Source: Octopus vulgaris
Taxonomy: Eukaryota
Direction: 5' to 3'
Assembly (NCBI GenBank): GCA_951406725.2
Contig: OX597828.1
Location: 72,664,001-72,728,000 of the forward strand
DNA length: 64,000 nucleotides
The notes under the pieces are model-generated. The model searched no databases. It worked only from the letters and a program-made list of their open reading frames with translations, and had not been told where the DNA came from. This document shows, piece after piece, positions 13,079 to 26,269 of this stretch (position 1 is the first letter of the stretch; every line of letters begins with the position of its first letter). The position numbers were made by a program, and so were the translations under genes.

Positions 13079-13147
<69 letters not shown>

Positions 13148-13267
13148 CCTATCTATCTATCTATATATCTATCTATCTGTCTGTCTGTCTGTCTGTCTGT
13201 CAGTCTATCGATCTATCTATCTGTCTTTCTGTCTGTCTGTCTGCCTGTCTGTCTGTCTGTCTGTCTA

Positions 13268-13298
<31 letters not shown>

Positions 13299-13372
13299 GT
13301 CTATCTGTCTATCTGCCTGCCGACTGTCTGTCTGTCTGTCTGCCTATCTATCTATCTGTCTGTCTGTCTTCT
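13078..13372. repeat. (TATC)n/(TGTC)n microsatellite
   Basis: Direct inspection. Confidence 0.95.
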
Positions 13373-13741
13373 AATCTGTAGAGCAGGAGATAGTCAGGGG
13401 ATGTATATAAACAGGGATCATCTATAAGAAATTGGGGAACATTTCCTGACACTAAGACGTTGGGTACACCATTCTGAGAGAGAATTGGTCGTAATACCTT
13501 TTGAATGGTTTAGGATCACAAATAACATTTAGCCATCTTGAAAAGCAAGATGGAAACCGTTACTATGGGTTTTGTATGGTGTCACTAATGAATAACTCAA
13601 ATAAGCAATATGTATGTTAGTATTCGTGTATGTCTTATGTGTGTGTTGCCCCTGGTTAGGGTATACGCAAGGTTGCCGTTATTTCTATACGCGGTCCTGA
13701 TCTGACATTTGATTCAGATATCTGAATGTAAAAATCATCTG

Positions 13742-14120
13742 TAAAGATGGCAGTCAAATGTATTAGTCACCACCCGTTATGAAGGAGAAACTATCAGTCA
13801 CATGTATCAGTCAAAAAGAACCTATCAGTCTAACGGAAACTATCATTCAAATATATCTGTCACCAGAAGATATCAGTTAAATGTGTCAGTCATTAAAATG
13901 ATTAGTCATCAGATGTCAATCAAATGTATCAGACTTTAGAAGATCTCAGTCAATTGTATCAAACATCGGACGATGTCAATCAAATGTGCCTCGAAAGAAA
14001 CTATCAATCAAGTTTATATTAGTCATCAGAAGACATCAGTCAAATATATGAGTTAATGCAAGACATCAATCAAAATCAAGCAGTCACGAGGAGATACCAA
14101 ACTCACATCTCCAGAAGATA
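13742..14120. repeat. Degenerate minisatellite with about 30-bp unit (consensus near gaagatatcagtcaaatgtatcagtcatca), roughly 12 copies
   Basis: Recurring gaa(g/a)(a/c)tatcagtcaaatgtatcagtca units with internal tatcagtca sub-repeat. Confidence 0.75.
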
Positions 14121-14197
14121 TGGAATTGAAAAGAGAAAAAAAGAATTCTTTTCTTCCTTCATTATCTCGTTTATTTCAAAGAAAAAAAAAAAAAATA

Positions 14198-14228
<31 letters not shown>

Positions 14229-14230
14229 TG

Positions 14231-14263
<33 letters not shown>

Positions 14264-14930
14264 GATGCAACGTTTTACTTGACTTTGGAAAAAAATGTGT
14301 TGTTTTAAGAGTACATTTAATGTAGGTTGAATGTAGTGAAAGCAAAGGAAACAAAAATGGTAATAGGCAAGAATTTGATATTTTATCATATTTTGAAAGA
14401 AATTGAATGCCATCTATTTCCGCTGGAATAAAAGCGAAAAATTAGACAAATGGTTATTCTATAAAGTTAACATTTAGAAACTGTCTAAGAAGAATTTCTG
14501 ACAAAAATACGAAGATAAAGTTTTATCTATTTTTACAAACAGATATGACTAAAAGCATGTATATCTATTTAATGGACGTATGGACGTGCATGAGCATAAA
14601 TTAGACGATGCGCAGATACAGACAAGGGTCTGCGCAGGTTTTGGAAATGATGCATGCATTTATTACTAGGTATGGTTATGTATATATATTTTCTTTTACT
14701 TATTCCAGTCATTAGACTGCGACCATGCTTGGGTACTACCTCGAAGAGATTTTAGCGGAAAAAATTGACCCCTTCCAGGACTAATTCTTTTTAAGCCTGA
14801 GACCTAGTCTTTCATTTTCTTTCCTCGAATACATCTAAGTTACGGGGACGTAAACGCACCAGCACCGGTTGTCGGGTGGTGGTGGTGGTGTTATTGCAGT
14901 ATCTTGTCCTGAATTATATATATGTATATG

Positions 14931-14963
<33 letters not shown>

Positions 14964-16039
14964 TCTGTCTGTGTGTCTGTCTGTTCGTCTGTTTGTTTTT
15001 CTGTCTGTATGTATTTATGCGTATGTGTGTGTGTGTGTGTGTGTGCAGTGCATTCACACACAAACACAGACACATACACATACTTACACACACACGCACA
15101 CACATATATATATAGATGTATATATATATATATATATATATATAGATGTATATATATATGTATATATAGATGTATATATAGATGTATATATAGATGTATA
15201 TATATATATATATATACATACACATGTATTTCTCTCTTTGATCGAACATGTAAACCTAACACACGTGCGTTTTTCCTTCCCAGCCTTCTTTCCCTTTTTC
15301 ATCTGCTTTTCTCATCTTAACCTCCGCTGGACTTTCTATGATCAATCGACGAAGGACCATTTCCGAAACGTCATACTGTGCCTGTGTAACTTCTTTCATT
15401 CCTTGGGCGTCAACCTAATGATATTAGCTGTAAGCGTCCCTTGGATTTTTGACATTCATGCCATATGATTGTCTCATCTTCTCAGATGACAGTTGTCTCA
15501 GTGATGACCATGGAGCGTCTGTTCTTCATTGGATTTCAGTAGCAAAAGCTTGTACAACACTACTGGTCACTCTCTCGGTCGTCATTGTGGGTTCCAGTGA
15601 TAAGCATTGCCAAGATGACTGGCAACCATTTTGACTGTAAGTCTTATGTCAGAGCATCTTTCTCCTATAAGAGCTGCATTCTCCACAGCTTAGACCAAAA
15701 TAAAGGGAGCCTCCTCTAACGCCGGGAAATTTATTTAACCCATGGATGAGACCCTGATAGGTACTTCCGATTCGGGTCAGAACGGACCTAGGAGTAATGA
15801 TAGCCAAGAGGTTACTCCATACACAATTCCATAAATCCCCGACCGGGACCGGTTTAATGTCATACTCATCCATCCAACCATCCAACCATCCATCCATCCA
15901 GCCAGCCAGCCACACACACACACACATCAGTGTCATTCTTGATGTCAGACCCTCCTGTACTCCTGTATTTTCGAGTACATTGGGCAACAAGTGAAAACAG
16001 CTGGTTTCATCTCTAACCGAGATCCTTTCATGTAATCAC

Positions 16040-16260
<221 letters not shown>

Positions 16261-16479
16261 GTTGTGAAAGTTTTACACTGGAAGCTTTGTCAGAAATAGG
16301 GATTTGAAATTGTAGGTGCATGGTATGGGCCTCGGGTCGAAAGAATGCTGGAGTCGGAGAAATGAAAAATTCTGTGGGATTTTTCTTCTCAAACGGAAAA
16401 AGAGGCTAAAAACCAGACATAACAATAACAGACAAGGGAAAACGAAGATGCTTAGTAATTGATCCATCATGTCCGTTTG

Positions 16480-17700
16480 ACTCCAGGATTGGTGAAGAAA
16501 GAGAAAAACAATCCCTTAAGATTAGAAACTGCAAGAATATAGAGTATGAAAACTGTAAAGGTTGTGGCTGTTGTAATTGGTGCATTGGGAACTGTAAGTA
16601 AAGATACAGAGAAATAGTTGCAGGAGATTGGAATAGAATGTCGTGTAGAGAGCTTCGACAGAAAGTTTGCCTCTCAGGAACATTATCAGGAAGGTTTTAA
16701 GCACTTGAAAGACTATCGGAAGCTTGTGGATACTTAAGGTTACAGGAAGTATCCTGTTAGCCACATGTATTCTGCCAAAATAAGAACGAACCTGAGTCAA
16801 ATCACCACTGAGAACAATAATAGTTTCATATATGTTGTTGGCTCTTTGGAGACTATAAGACTAAGCTCACAAACTGAACTGAAAATATAGGAATAAATGT
16901 CAATGTTCATCTTGTAGAGAAAATAGCGTCGCTTGAATACGGACAACTCTTGCGCAGAGTTCAGGAAATCTAGATAGTGTTAGCTTACACATTGTGACAC
17001 TTTATTACACTCCTCAGCGAAGGTGTTTTATTGAAGAAAAAATAACTTTATCACTGGGATAGAAGAACGAGGAATCTTCTCGCAATGCACAACCCACGCC
17101 ATCCTTAAATTAATACTGACAAACTATACCTACAAAACAGAAAAAAAAGAAGGAGGCGAAGGATTATTAAATTCAGATCTTGGGGGCGAAAATCTATAAC
17201 GGGACTGAAAAATTATATCGTGCATTGTGAAGAAAAGAATACTCTAGGCAGCTAGAGATACCCCAAAAGTTATTAAACCAGTAGACGAATTTAAGAAAAG
17301 AAAGAACCAAAATGTAAGCAGGTGGAAGGAAATGAAATTAGATAGACAATTTATGTAACAAACCGAGAATGGTGGAAGTAAAGAACGCTGGCTCCGGCCG
17401 TCGAACAGAAACCCGAAATGAGAGACCGAAATGCTAATTAGGGTCATTGACAAACAATCCATTAGGACGAATCTGATGAAGGTAAAGATCGAGAAAATGG
17501 AGTCAAAGAGCAAGTGTGGATTGAGCGGGAAAAAGCCACGAGTATAAACTATCTGTTGATTGAGTGCAGTAAGCTACCACGAAAGAGTATAAGCGCATGT
17601 ATGACTGTGCTGGTGAAAGAGTTAACGAGGATGTTAGCCGAGTGCGGGGCTTGAAATAGGAGGGGTGTCGGTGCGCACCACAGGCTGAGAATTACAAGAG
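16480..17700 (+). mobile_element. Highly decayed R4/Dong-like RLE retrotransposon fragments (at least two 3' ends)
   Basis: VKVVAVVIGALGTVSKD..LQEIGI (16555-16640) and a second VVGSLETI segment (about 16835) match the RLE C-terminus of the better preserved neighbours. 17500-17610 holds zinc-knuckle/RHD remnants. Confidence 0.6.
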
Positions 17701-18012
17701 CTTTATTTTCGCCAGTTATAAAATTGAAGCTTAAAGACTGATGGTGTAAGGGAGACGCTGGCTGCTCCCTTTCATATTTTACATTTCAATTTCTATAATT
17801 TCGAATTTTTATCACTTTTTATTTTGAACTCGACAAAGACAGGCTTTCTGTCACAATATCGTTCAACCGATAAATTATCTATTACAATCGCATCACGCTC
17901 TTCGTCTTACCTGTTTGCTTTTGTGAAGAGTTACGTCAATCCTTTAAAAAATATAATAATAATAATAATAATAGCAATAATAATAATAATAGTAATAATA
18001 ATAATAATAATG

Positions 18013-18076
<64 letters not shown>

Positions 18077-18087
18077 TGATGATGATG

Positions 18088-18158
<71 letters not shown>

Positions 18159-18159
18159 T

Positions 18160-18857
18160 AATGTAATGAAAATAAATATTACAAGTAACTGCAGAATATG
18201 TGGAGATGGACAAGAAACAATAAATCATATTATCTCTAGCTGCCCAGTCCTGGCTAAGAAGGAATATATTCACAGACATGACAGAGTTGGAACCTACATA
18301 CATTGGAAGCTATACCAACATTATGGAATAACAACAGAAAAAAGATGGTATAGGCACACACCAGAAAAAGGTCACAGAAAACGAGAAAGCAACCATACTC
18401 TGGGATATGCCGATACACACAGATAGAGAAATTAAGGCCAACAGACCAGATATAGTTGTCAGAGGTCATGAAGAAAAAAATGCTTTCTAATTGATGTATT
18501 AATACCGGCAGATGACAACGTGTCTCTAAAAGAAATGGAGAAACTCTCAAAATACAAAGACCTGGAAATAGAGATAACTAGAATGTGGAACCTGAAAACA
18601 GAAACAATTCCTATCATCGTAGGTGCATTAGGCATGATAAAAAAATATTCAGACAAATACATAACAAAAACACCAGGACTTACAAACACATATAACATAC
18701 AGAAAATTGCACCACTAGGCACTGCACACATCCTATGCAGAACACTTTCCATACAATAACCATCAGAGCATCACAACAAATCACAGCACATACCCAAGGC
18801 ACACAGAGCTGCGCTCGGTAGTGAAGTGAAAGCACGCTATAAAAATAAAACTACTGA
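18160..18857 (+). mobile_element. R4/Dong-like non-LTR retrotransposon, 5' truncated (CCHC knuckle + RLE endonuclease + 3' UTR) in (TAA)n
   Basis: CRICGDGQETINHIISSC, RHDRVG, RPDIVV, LIDV, KLSKYKDL, PIIVGALG. Flanked on both sides by (TAA)n. Confidence 0.92.
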
Positions 18858-18905
18858 ATAATAATAATAATAATAATGATAATAATAATTGTAATAATAA
18901 TAATA

Positions 18906-18973
<68 letters not shown>

Positions 18974-20936
18974 CTCAGCTCCGCATGGATTGACTATAAA
19001 AGGCCTTCGACAGTAGGTCATTGTGGAATACGAATCTCCAATTATACCACTCTAATGGAGTACTTGCCTCAGAAAATATAAACATCAACTGTAGAATTTT
19101 TCAAGGTGACTCACTTTCACCTCTAATATTCTGCATACCCCTTACAAGTGAATTAAACAGAACAGGGTATGGGTATACAATTGTCAATAAAAAAATAAGC
19201 CATCTATTTTATATGGATGACTTAAAACTCTATGGTAAAGACGATAATGAACTTGAAGGCCTATTGCGCACTGTGAAAGCATTCAGTGATGACATCGGGA
19301 TGGAGTTTGGACTTGAGAAGTGTGCCAAGGCCACTTTCCAGAAAGGGAAAGTGAAGACCACAAATTCAGTCGTGTTAGATGTTGACACAGTCATAAGAGA
19401 GCTTGAGCAAGAACAAACATACAAATATTTAGGGATAAATGAAGGGTCTGGTATTCAGCATGCAAGCATGAAAGAGAAGATCAGGGAAGGAATGTTATAG
19501 GAGAGATCGAGCAGTCCTGAAATCTAAACTAAATGCACGTAACAAGGTGTTAGCTATAAATTCCCTAGCAGTTCCAGTTGTTACTTATAGCTACAATGTG
19601 TTGAACTGGAATGAGTGAAGTAAAGAAAATAGATAGGAAAATACGCAATCTGCTGAGTTGTAATAGGATGCACCACCCAAAGGCAGACGTAGATCGCCTT
19701 TACCCCCCCCCCCCGCCCCGAGCCCAGGGAGGTCGAGGCCTGATCCAATTTGAACTAGCTTACAAAACAACCACAATTGGACTGGCCAAATATCTTGAAA
19801 TAACGAATGACTGGATGCTAAAGCTCGTGGAAAATCACGAGAGACGAAAGAAGCTTCATTCTATCATAAAGGAAAGCAAAAAATTTGCTATTGATCTCGT
19901 GCAGGATACCCAAACTGAACAACCCGAGGGAAGTACGGCAACTATTGTTGCAAAGAAGGTGAAAATAATGGTAACGAAAAAAGCGCACGAGCAATTGGCT
20001 GATAGGTGGGAGGAGAAACGTCTGCACGGCAAATATGTGGCCCGTAGCAAACAAGCTGATGTTGACCAGAAGCAAACCCATCAGTGGCTACGGAGCTCAG
20101 GGCTAAAAGCAGAGAGCGAAGGTTTCATCCTGGCTGCTCAAGTTCAAAGCCTATTAACCCGGAACTACCAGGCTAATGTGATGAAAAAATGGAGCAGACC
20201 CAAAATGCCGATTCTGCAACAACATGATTGAAACAGTGGACCACATAATCTCTGGATGTAAAGTCTTAGCACCAGTGGAGTATAAATTAAGACATGACAG
20301 AGTTGGCCAATATCTCCACTGGCTAATAAGTCGGCATTACAATATCAAAACTGCCGACAAGTGGTATAATCACCACCCTGAAGCTGTAACTGAAGGAGAA
20401 AATGTAACGATTCTGTGGGACTTTCCAGTACATACAGACCAAACCATCAAAGCCAATAAACCGGATATTGTTGTGATAGATCAAAACAATAAAGTTTGCT
20501 TATTGATCGACATGAGCATCCTCTGTGATCATATCTCGGCGAAAGAATTTGACAAGATCAGAGAGTATAAAGACCTGCTCATTGAAATTGAGAAAATGTG
20601 GCATCTCAAGGCGGTTACAATACCAGTGATCGTAGGAGCACTAGGAATGATCAAGAAGGGAACCGAAAATTATATGAGAATGATCCCTGGCTTACCATCC
20701 CTGCAAGAAGTGCAAAATATTGTCTTAACTGGTACATCACAAGTATTGAGAAGAGCATTGTCGATGTGAGAACTATTACTACCCATGTATTTTAATTTAA
20801 CTTTAAGAAAAAAAAAATGAACGAACTAGTGAGTTTAGTTTAATGGCCTACCAATGTATACTATGAGTTTCTTTGCCCTAGGAGTCGGGAAGACTCTCGG
20901 CAAGAAATGGAAGCAAATCTGAAAGAAGAAAAGCCC
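18974..20936 (+). mobile_element. R4/Dong-like non-LTR retrotransposon (RT C-terminal half + RLE), frameshifted, in (TAA)n
   Basis: WIDYKxAFDS remnant, IFQGDSLSPL, HLFYMDDLKLY, YKYLGI, GGRGL, ETVDHIISGC, RHDRVG, KPDIVV, LIDM, PVIVGALG across ORFs 19021-19500, 19611-20231 and 20224-20769. Ends in (TAA)n. Confidence 0.95.
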
Positions 20937-20939
20937 ATA

Positions 20940-21013
<74 letters not shown>

Positions 21014-21029
21014 CATTCATGAATTTATT

Positions 21030-21165
21030 TATTAATTTTTTAAAATACATATTTTACCTGTGAATTTGCGTGTGTAATCTGGGAATGCATACAATGAGCT
21101 TCTCTGTCCTAGGTTTACGGAAAATCCTCGGCGAGAAACGGAAGAAAATTTGAAGAAAGAAGGAA
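21030..21165 (+). mobile_element. Additional R4/Dong-like 3' UTR tip
   Basis: cctaggtttacggaaaatcctcggcgagaaacggaagaaaatttgaagaaagaag resembles 20876-20932 and is followed by (TAA)n. Confidence 0.6.
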
Positions 21166-21385
21166 ATAATAATAATAATAATAATAATCTGGGCCGCACC
21201 TGCAAGGTCATGTGCTGTTTATCTTGATATGAGATCACCATGTCGTGCACATATGGTTGTGATGCATGTGCCTGGTGTACCTTTATCAGACGGGTAGTCA
21301 TGATGGGTATATTGGGCTTCGTATATTTTACCCCAGTGTCACTTTGATGGCATGAACTGCTCTCTCACTCAATGATAATAATAAT

Positions 21386-22732
21386 CGGGGGAGATCAGTA
21401 AAAATGTTGAAACTATAAAGGGAGAATATAATTACCTGGGTATCATTGAAAGGGATAAGATGAATGAAGACAAGATCAAGGAAATGTGCAGGAAAGGGTA
21501 TTTGAGGAGAACTCAGCAATTGCTCCAATCGAAGCTAAATGGCTGCTATGAGATTAGAGCAATTAACAGGTGAGCGGTTACCTTGATGAGATATGGGTGA
21601 AGAATAGTATCTTGGAAGAAGCATGGATTACAAGAGATAGACCGGAGAACACGTAAATTAATGACAACGGACAAGGGACTTCACCCCAAGAGTGACGTGT
21701 GAAGATTGTACGTAAAGAGGAACGAAGGAGGATATGTTGTGAAGGTTGTGTAAGGGTAGAGGAGAATAGCTTGGCTTGGTATGTCAAGGGGAGCAAAGAA
21801 GAAATGATTGAAGCAGTGAAAATGCAGGGAACCTTAAAAGTGAACGAAGCCGGAGATCTAATACAAATTAAGAAAGGCCAGAGATAGTAGATGAAGAAAA
21901 TTTGGCAGGACCACAAAATGCAAAATCTGTACTTGAAGAATAAAAATGAGATTGATTGGAATAGAAGCTGGTAATGGCTGCTGAAATGAGGCATTAGTTT
22001 GCAGCGCTCAAGAGAACAAGCTCTCAGAACAAACTACTCCAGATATCACATTGATAAAAGCTGACTCACCACAGTGTACGATGTGCTCTGAGACGGGAGA
22101 CAGTATAAGCCATATTGTTAGTGAGTGCTGTAAGCTCGCACAACGCGAATACAAAAGAAGATACGACAATGTGGCCAGATATATTCACTGGCTGTTGTGC
22201 GGCAAAGCAAACCTCGAGAGAGCCTAACAATGGTATGAACACAATCCAGGGGGAGTAATGGAAAACGAACATTACGAAATACTCTGGGATTTTAATATGC
22301 AGTGGAACCAAGTCATGGAGGCGAGACGAGCAGATATCGTGATCATCCATAAAGAAGAAAAAGAAGTAGAGATAATAGCTGTTGCAATACCAAGCGATTC
22401 GAGGGTGAAATGTAAGGAAAGAGAAAAGACTGAGAAATACCATCCAGTGCGGGAGGAGATAGAAAGGTTATGGGGCATGAGGAAAGTAATGGTGATACCA
22501 GTGGTAACTGGGGCATTAGGAACAGTTTCCAAGGGCTTTGAAAAATCATATCAAGAATACTGGAGCTGCTGTCAGGCTCGAGGTGATCCAGAAGACAGAA
22601 CTGTTGGGTACAGCTCGCATTCTAAGGAGAGTATTGTCTCTTTGAGTCACAGGAAACCTTTATTGATTTGTTATTGCCTGCTTACAAGTAAAGGATAACC
22701 GGTAATTACGAAATGTCTAAGAGTCTTTCAGA
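21386..22732 (+). mobile_element. R4/Dong-like retrotransposon remnant (diverged subfamily)
   Basis: ETVxHIVSEC knuckle remnant, EILWDFNMQ, RRADIVII, KTEKYHP, IPVVTGALGTVSK (ORF 22258-22698). Bounded by TAA repeats. Confidence 0.85.
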
Positions 22733-22779
22733 ATAATAATAGTAATAATAACAACAAAAACAATAATGACAATAATAAT

Positions 22780-22988
22780 CCTTCCTATTATAGGCACAAG
22801 GCCTAAAATTTGGGGGAGGGGACAGTCGATTGCATCAACCCCAGTACTCAGCTGGTACTTAATTTATCGACACCAAAAGGATGAAGGCAAAGTCGACCTC
22901 GGAGGAATTTGAACTCAGAACGTAACGACAGACGAAAAATCACTGAGCATTTCGCCCGGCGTTCTAACGATTCTTCCAGCTCGCCACC
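22780..22988 (-). mobile_element. tRNA-derived SINE with Nin-like domain
   Basis: ggtggcgagctggaagaatcgttagaacgccgggcgaaatgctc head on the minus strand. Further copies at 24585-24740, 24790-24975, 25160-25390, 25660-25870, 44718-44942(+), 57263-57478, 58390-58602 and 62700-62900. Confidence 0.8.
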
Positions 22989-23008
22989 TAATAATAATAA
23001 TAATAATA

Positions 23009-23057
<49 letters not shown>

Positions 23058-23061
23058 CGAC

Positions 23062-23109
<48 letters not shown>

Positions 23110-23115
23110 AATAAT

Positions 23116-24512
23116 GTTGAGCGATTGCTTGGAAAAAGTATGGCGAAGTGGATGACGGAACTGACAGCTTATGGAAGAAGTTTAGGGACAATAAGAATCA
23201 GGAGAGGCATTTTCCAAGAGGACTTCCCGGCCCCACTGATCTTTGTACTGTGCATGATACCACTGACACTGATTCTGAGGAAAGCAAAGGCTGGGTATAG
23301 ATTCAAAAGCCGCCAACAAAAAGTCAACCATTTGTTATTCATGGATGACCTCAAACTTTATGGTAAAGATGAATCTCAAGTCAGTTCCCTCGTTGATACG
23401 GTGTATACCTTCAGTGCTGATATCAGAATGGAGTTTAGATTGAAAAAGTGTGGTGTGTTAGTCTTGAAGAGAGGCAAAATCAAATGTATGGACGGACTAA
23501 CGATACCGTCGGTGGAGGTTATGAAGGAGATACAAGAGACGAGCTATAAGTATTTGGGTGTATTGGAATTGGATAAACTGACGGAGAAAGAAATGACAGA
23601 AAAATTCAAGGTGGAATACTTGCGCAGACTGAGGCAGATCCTTAAGTCGAAATTAAATTATCAGCACCTGGGTTGTTTCACTCCTCAGATATGGGGCAGG
23701 AGTAATCAAATTGACAGTAGGCGAACTAAACAGCTTAGACAGAAATATAAGGAAGTTGCTGACTAGATATGGGTCACTTCACCCAAAAATTGACTCAGAC
23801 AGACTGTATGTACCAAGAGGAGGAAGAGGACTGATTTGATGCGAACACAGCATTAGAGCAGAAGAAAACAACATAGTATGGTATGTAAAAATGCCACAGA
23901 ACCACTATTATTGGAATTAGGAAGGTCAGGCTTGTGTAGGATGAAAGATTAGAAAGATAAAGCACAATATAGAAGAAATTGAAAACGAATGAAACTGAAA
24001 ATAGTTCGGTAAAGAAAAGAGAGCAAAAAGTGGTACGAACATAAACCCGAAGGCGTCATCGAAAATGATAATACAAAGAACTTATGGGATATTATGATTC
24101 AGTGCGACCATGAGATAGAGAATAGGAAAAAAGACAGTGTTAATTGAAAAAGAAAGCAAACGATGCTGGATCATAGATATAGCATGCCCAGCTGACAACA
24201 AGGTATGCGATAAGGAAGAAAGTTAGAGAGATATGACAGGTTAGCTTGGGAGGTTAAGCAGTTGAGGTCGATGAAAAAGGTAGCAGTAGTACCAATAATT
24301 GTCGGAGTCCTGGGAACAGTGAGGAAAAATCTTGAGAAGTACGTGGAACAAATAGGGGCTGCAATAAGGGTGGAGCACTTCCAGAAAACAGCACTGCTTG
24401 GAACCGCTCGTATACTCCGGATGGTGCTCGAAAAATAAAGGGTATTACCTTAGTTTACTGGAAGTGAACAGCTGATACCGTGGTACATCTCCAGCGTTAG
24501 AAGCAGTGCAAA
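23116..24512 (+). mobile_element. R4/Dong-like retrotransposon remnant (RT + RLE) with internal deletion
   Basis: IRRGIFQEDFPAPLIFVLCM, HLLFMDDLKLYG, KKCGVL, YKYLGV (ORF 22909-23766), then WIIDIACP and VVPIIVGVLGTV. Preceded by (GAT)n and followed by (AAT/AAC)n. Confidence 0.9.
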
Positions 24513-24740
24513 TAAAATAATAACAACAACAACAACAACAACAACAACAGCAACAACAATAATAATAATAAAAATAATAACGATTTCAAATTTTGGCACT
24601 AGGCCAGGAATTTCGGGAAGAAGTAAGTCCATAACATAGACCTCAGTGTTTTATCGACCTCGAGAATGATGAAAGGAAAACCACGGTGGAATTTGAACTC
24701 TGTACGCAAATATGGACGAAAGGCCGCTAAAACCCGCCTG

Positions 24741-24789
<49 letters not shown>

Positions 24790-25502
24790 GTTTCTACTAT
24801 AGGCATCAGGAGGATAATTGATTATATCGACCCCAGTGTTCAATTGGTACTTAATTTAACGTCTTCAAAAGATGAAAGGCAACGTCAATCACGGCGGAAT
24901 TGGTACTCAGAACGTAAGGACGGACGAAATGCCGTTAAGTATTTCGTCCGTCGTGTTAACGATTCTGCTTGGAACTGCATAAACACCTCTGAGGAGTTCT
25001 GGAAAGCTGAATGAAGAGTGTTACTTCGTCCACTGGTTGTGGACAGCTGACACGAAGCTGCTTTCTTAAACAAAACCATAGCAACAACAACAACAACAAC
25101 AACAGCGACAACAACTGTAACAATAATAGCAGCAATAATAATACGATATTGATATCTTTTCAAAATGTTGGTACAAGACTAGAAATTTAAGCGGTTGGAG
25201 TATCGGTCGAGTGGAGAATCATCGATACCAGTGAACTTACCACTCGACTTGTTCTCCATTAATTTTTTTTTCTTTTCGGAATGATAAAAGGTGAAGTTGA
25301 CCTCACTGGAATCTGAACTCAGAACATAAAGAGACGGAAAAAAATAGCGCAAAACATTTTGCATGACGCTCTACCGATTCTGACTGGTTGACTAAGTTTC
25401 GTGTAATACAACTCTCCAAATAATTGTGCTTCTGAGAGGTTCTTTTGATGACCTACTTAATATGAATAAAGGAATGACGAAAGAAAAGTAACCACTTTCA
25501 TT

Positions 25503-25583
25503 AGCTTACAGCTGTTTCTGCTGAAAATAGCTGTATTAGCAGAGTTGAGTGCTTGTGCAACATCTTATAGCTCCCTCGGAGCC
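25503..25583 (-). ncRNA. Degenerate hammerhead-like motif (Penelope-like pLTR remnant)
   Basis: Minus strand gct-CCGAGGG...GAAA-CAGCTG-TA-agc: palindromic stem III and 3-bp stem I, but the core is altered. Confidence 0.4.
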
Positions 25584-25659
25584 ATTAAACTTAAATTGGA
25601 GTTTGTTTATTTGGGAAAAAATTTAAGTACATAAAACTGGTTGCATTTAGAGTTATATA

Positions 25660-25870
25660 TTTTCTACTCTAGGCATAAGGCTCGAAATTTTGGGGGAGGG
25701 GCCAGTCGATTAGATCGACCCAAGTACGCAACTGGTACTTAATTCATCGACCCCGAAAGGATGAAAGGCAAAGTCGACCTCGGTGGAATTTGAACTGAGA
25801 ACGTAAAGACAGATGAAATACCGTTAAACATTTCGCCCGGCGTGCTAACGATTCTGCCAGCTCGCCTCCT
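25660..25870 (-). mobile_element. Full-length Nin-like tRNA SINE
   Basis: Intact head and gtcgactttgcctttcatcctttcggggtcgat domain on the minus strand. Confidence 0.85.
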
Positions 25871-26103
25871 TAGAGTTCTATCATGACACTCTACCTTAAC
25901 TTTCATAACATATGCAATATCTTATCATCTCCGGTTTGTCGTTTCCAGCGTGTTAAAACTAAGTGTAACTTCCGGTTACTTTGCCGCTATGAAATTAACA
26001 GCAGCAAGTAAGTCGAAGCGTGTATGCGTGTACATGTACATACATACATACATACACACACACACATATGTATGTATATATGTATCTCTCTCCCTCTCTC
26101 ACA

Positions 26104-26210
<107 letters not shown>

Positions 26211-26269
26211 ACTTTGATAACTTTAATACGTTTCGGCCAGTATAAGCGCAGGCCATGTCTAACTTAATA

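Noticed and set aside
13742-14120. CRISPR array
   Set aside because: Contiguous degenerate units without unique spacers, no cas genes, eukaryotic context.
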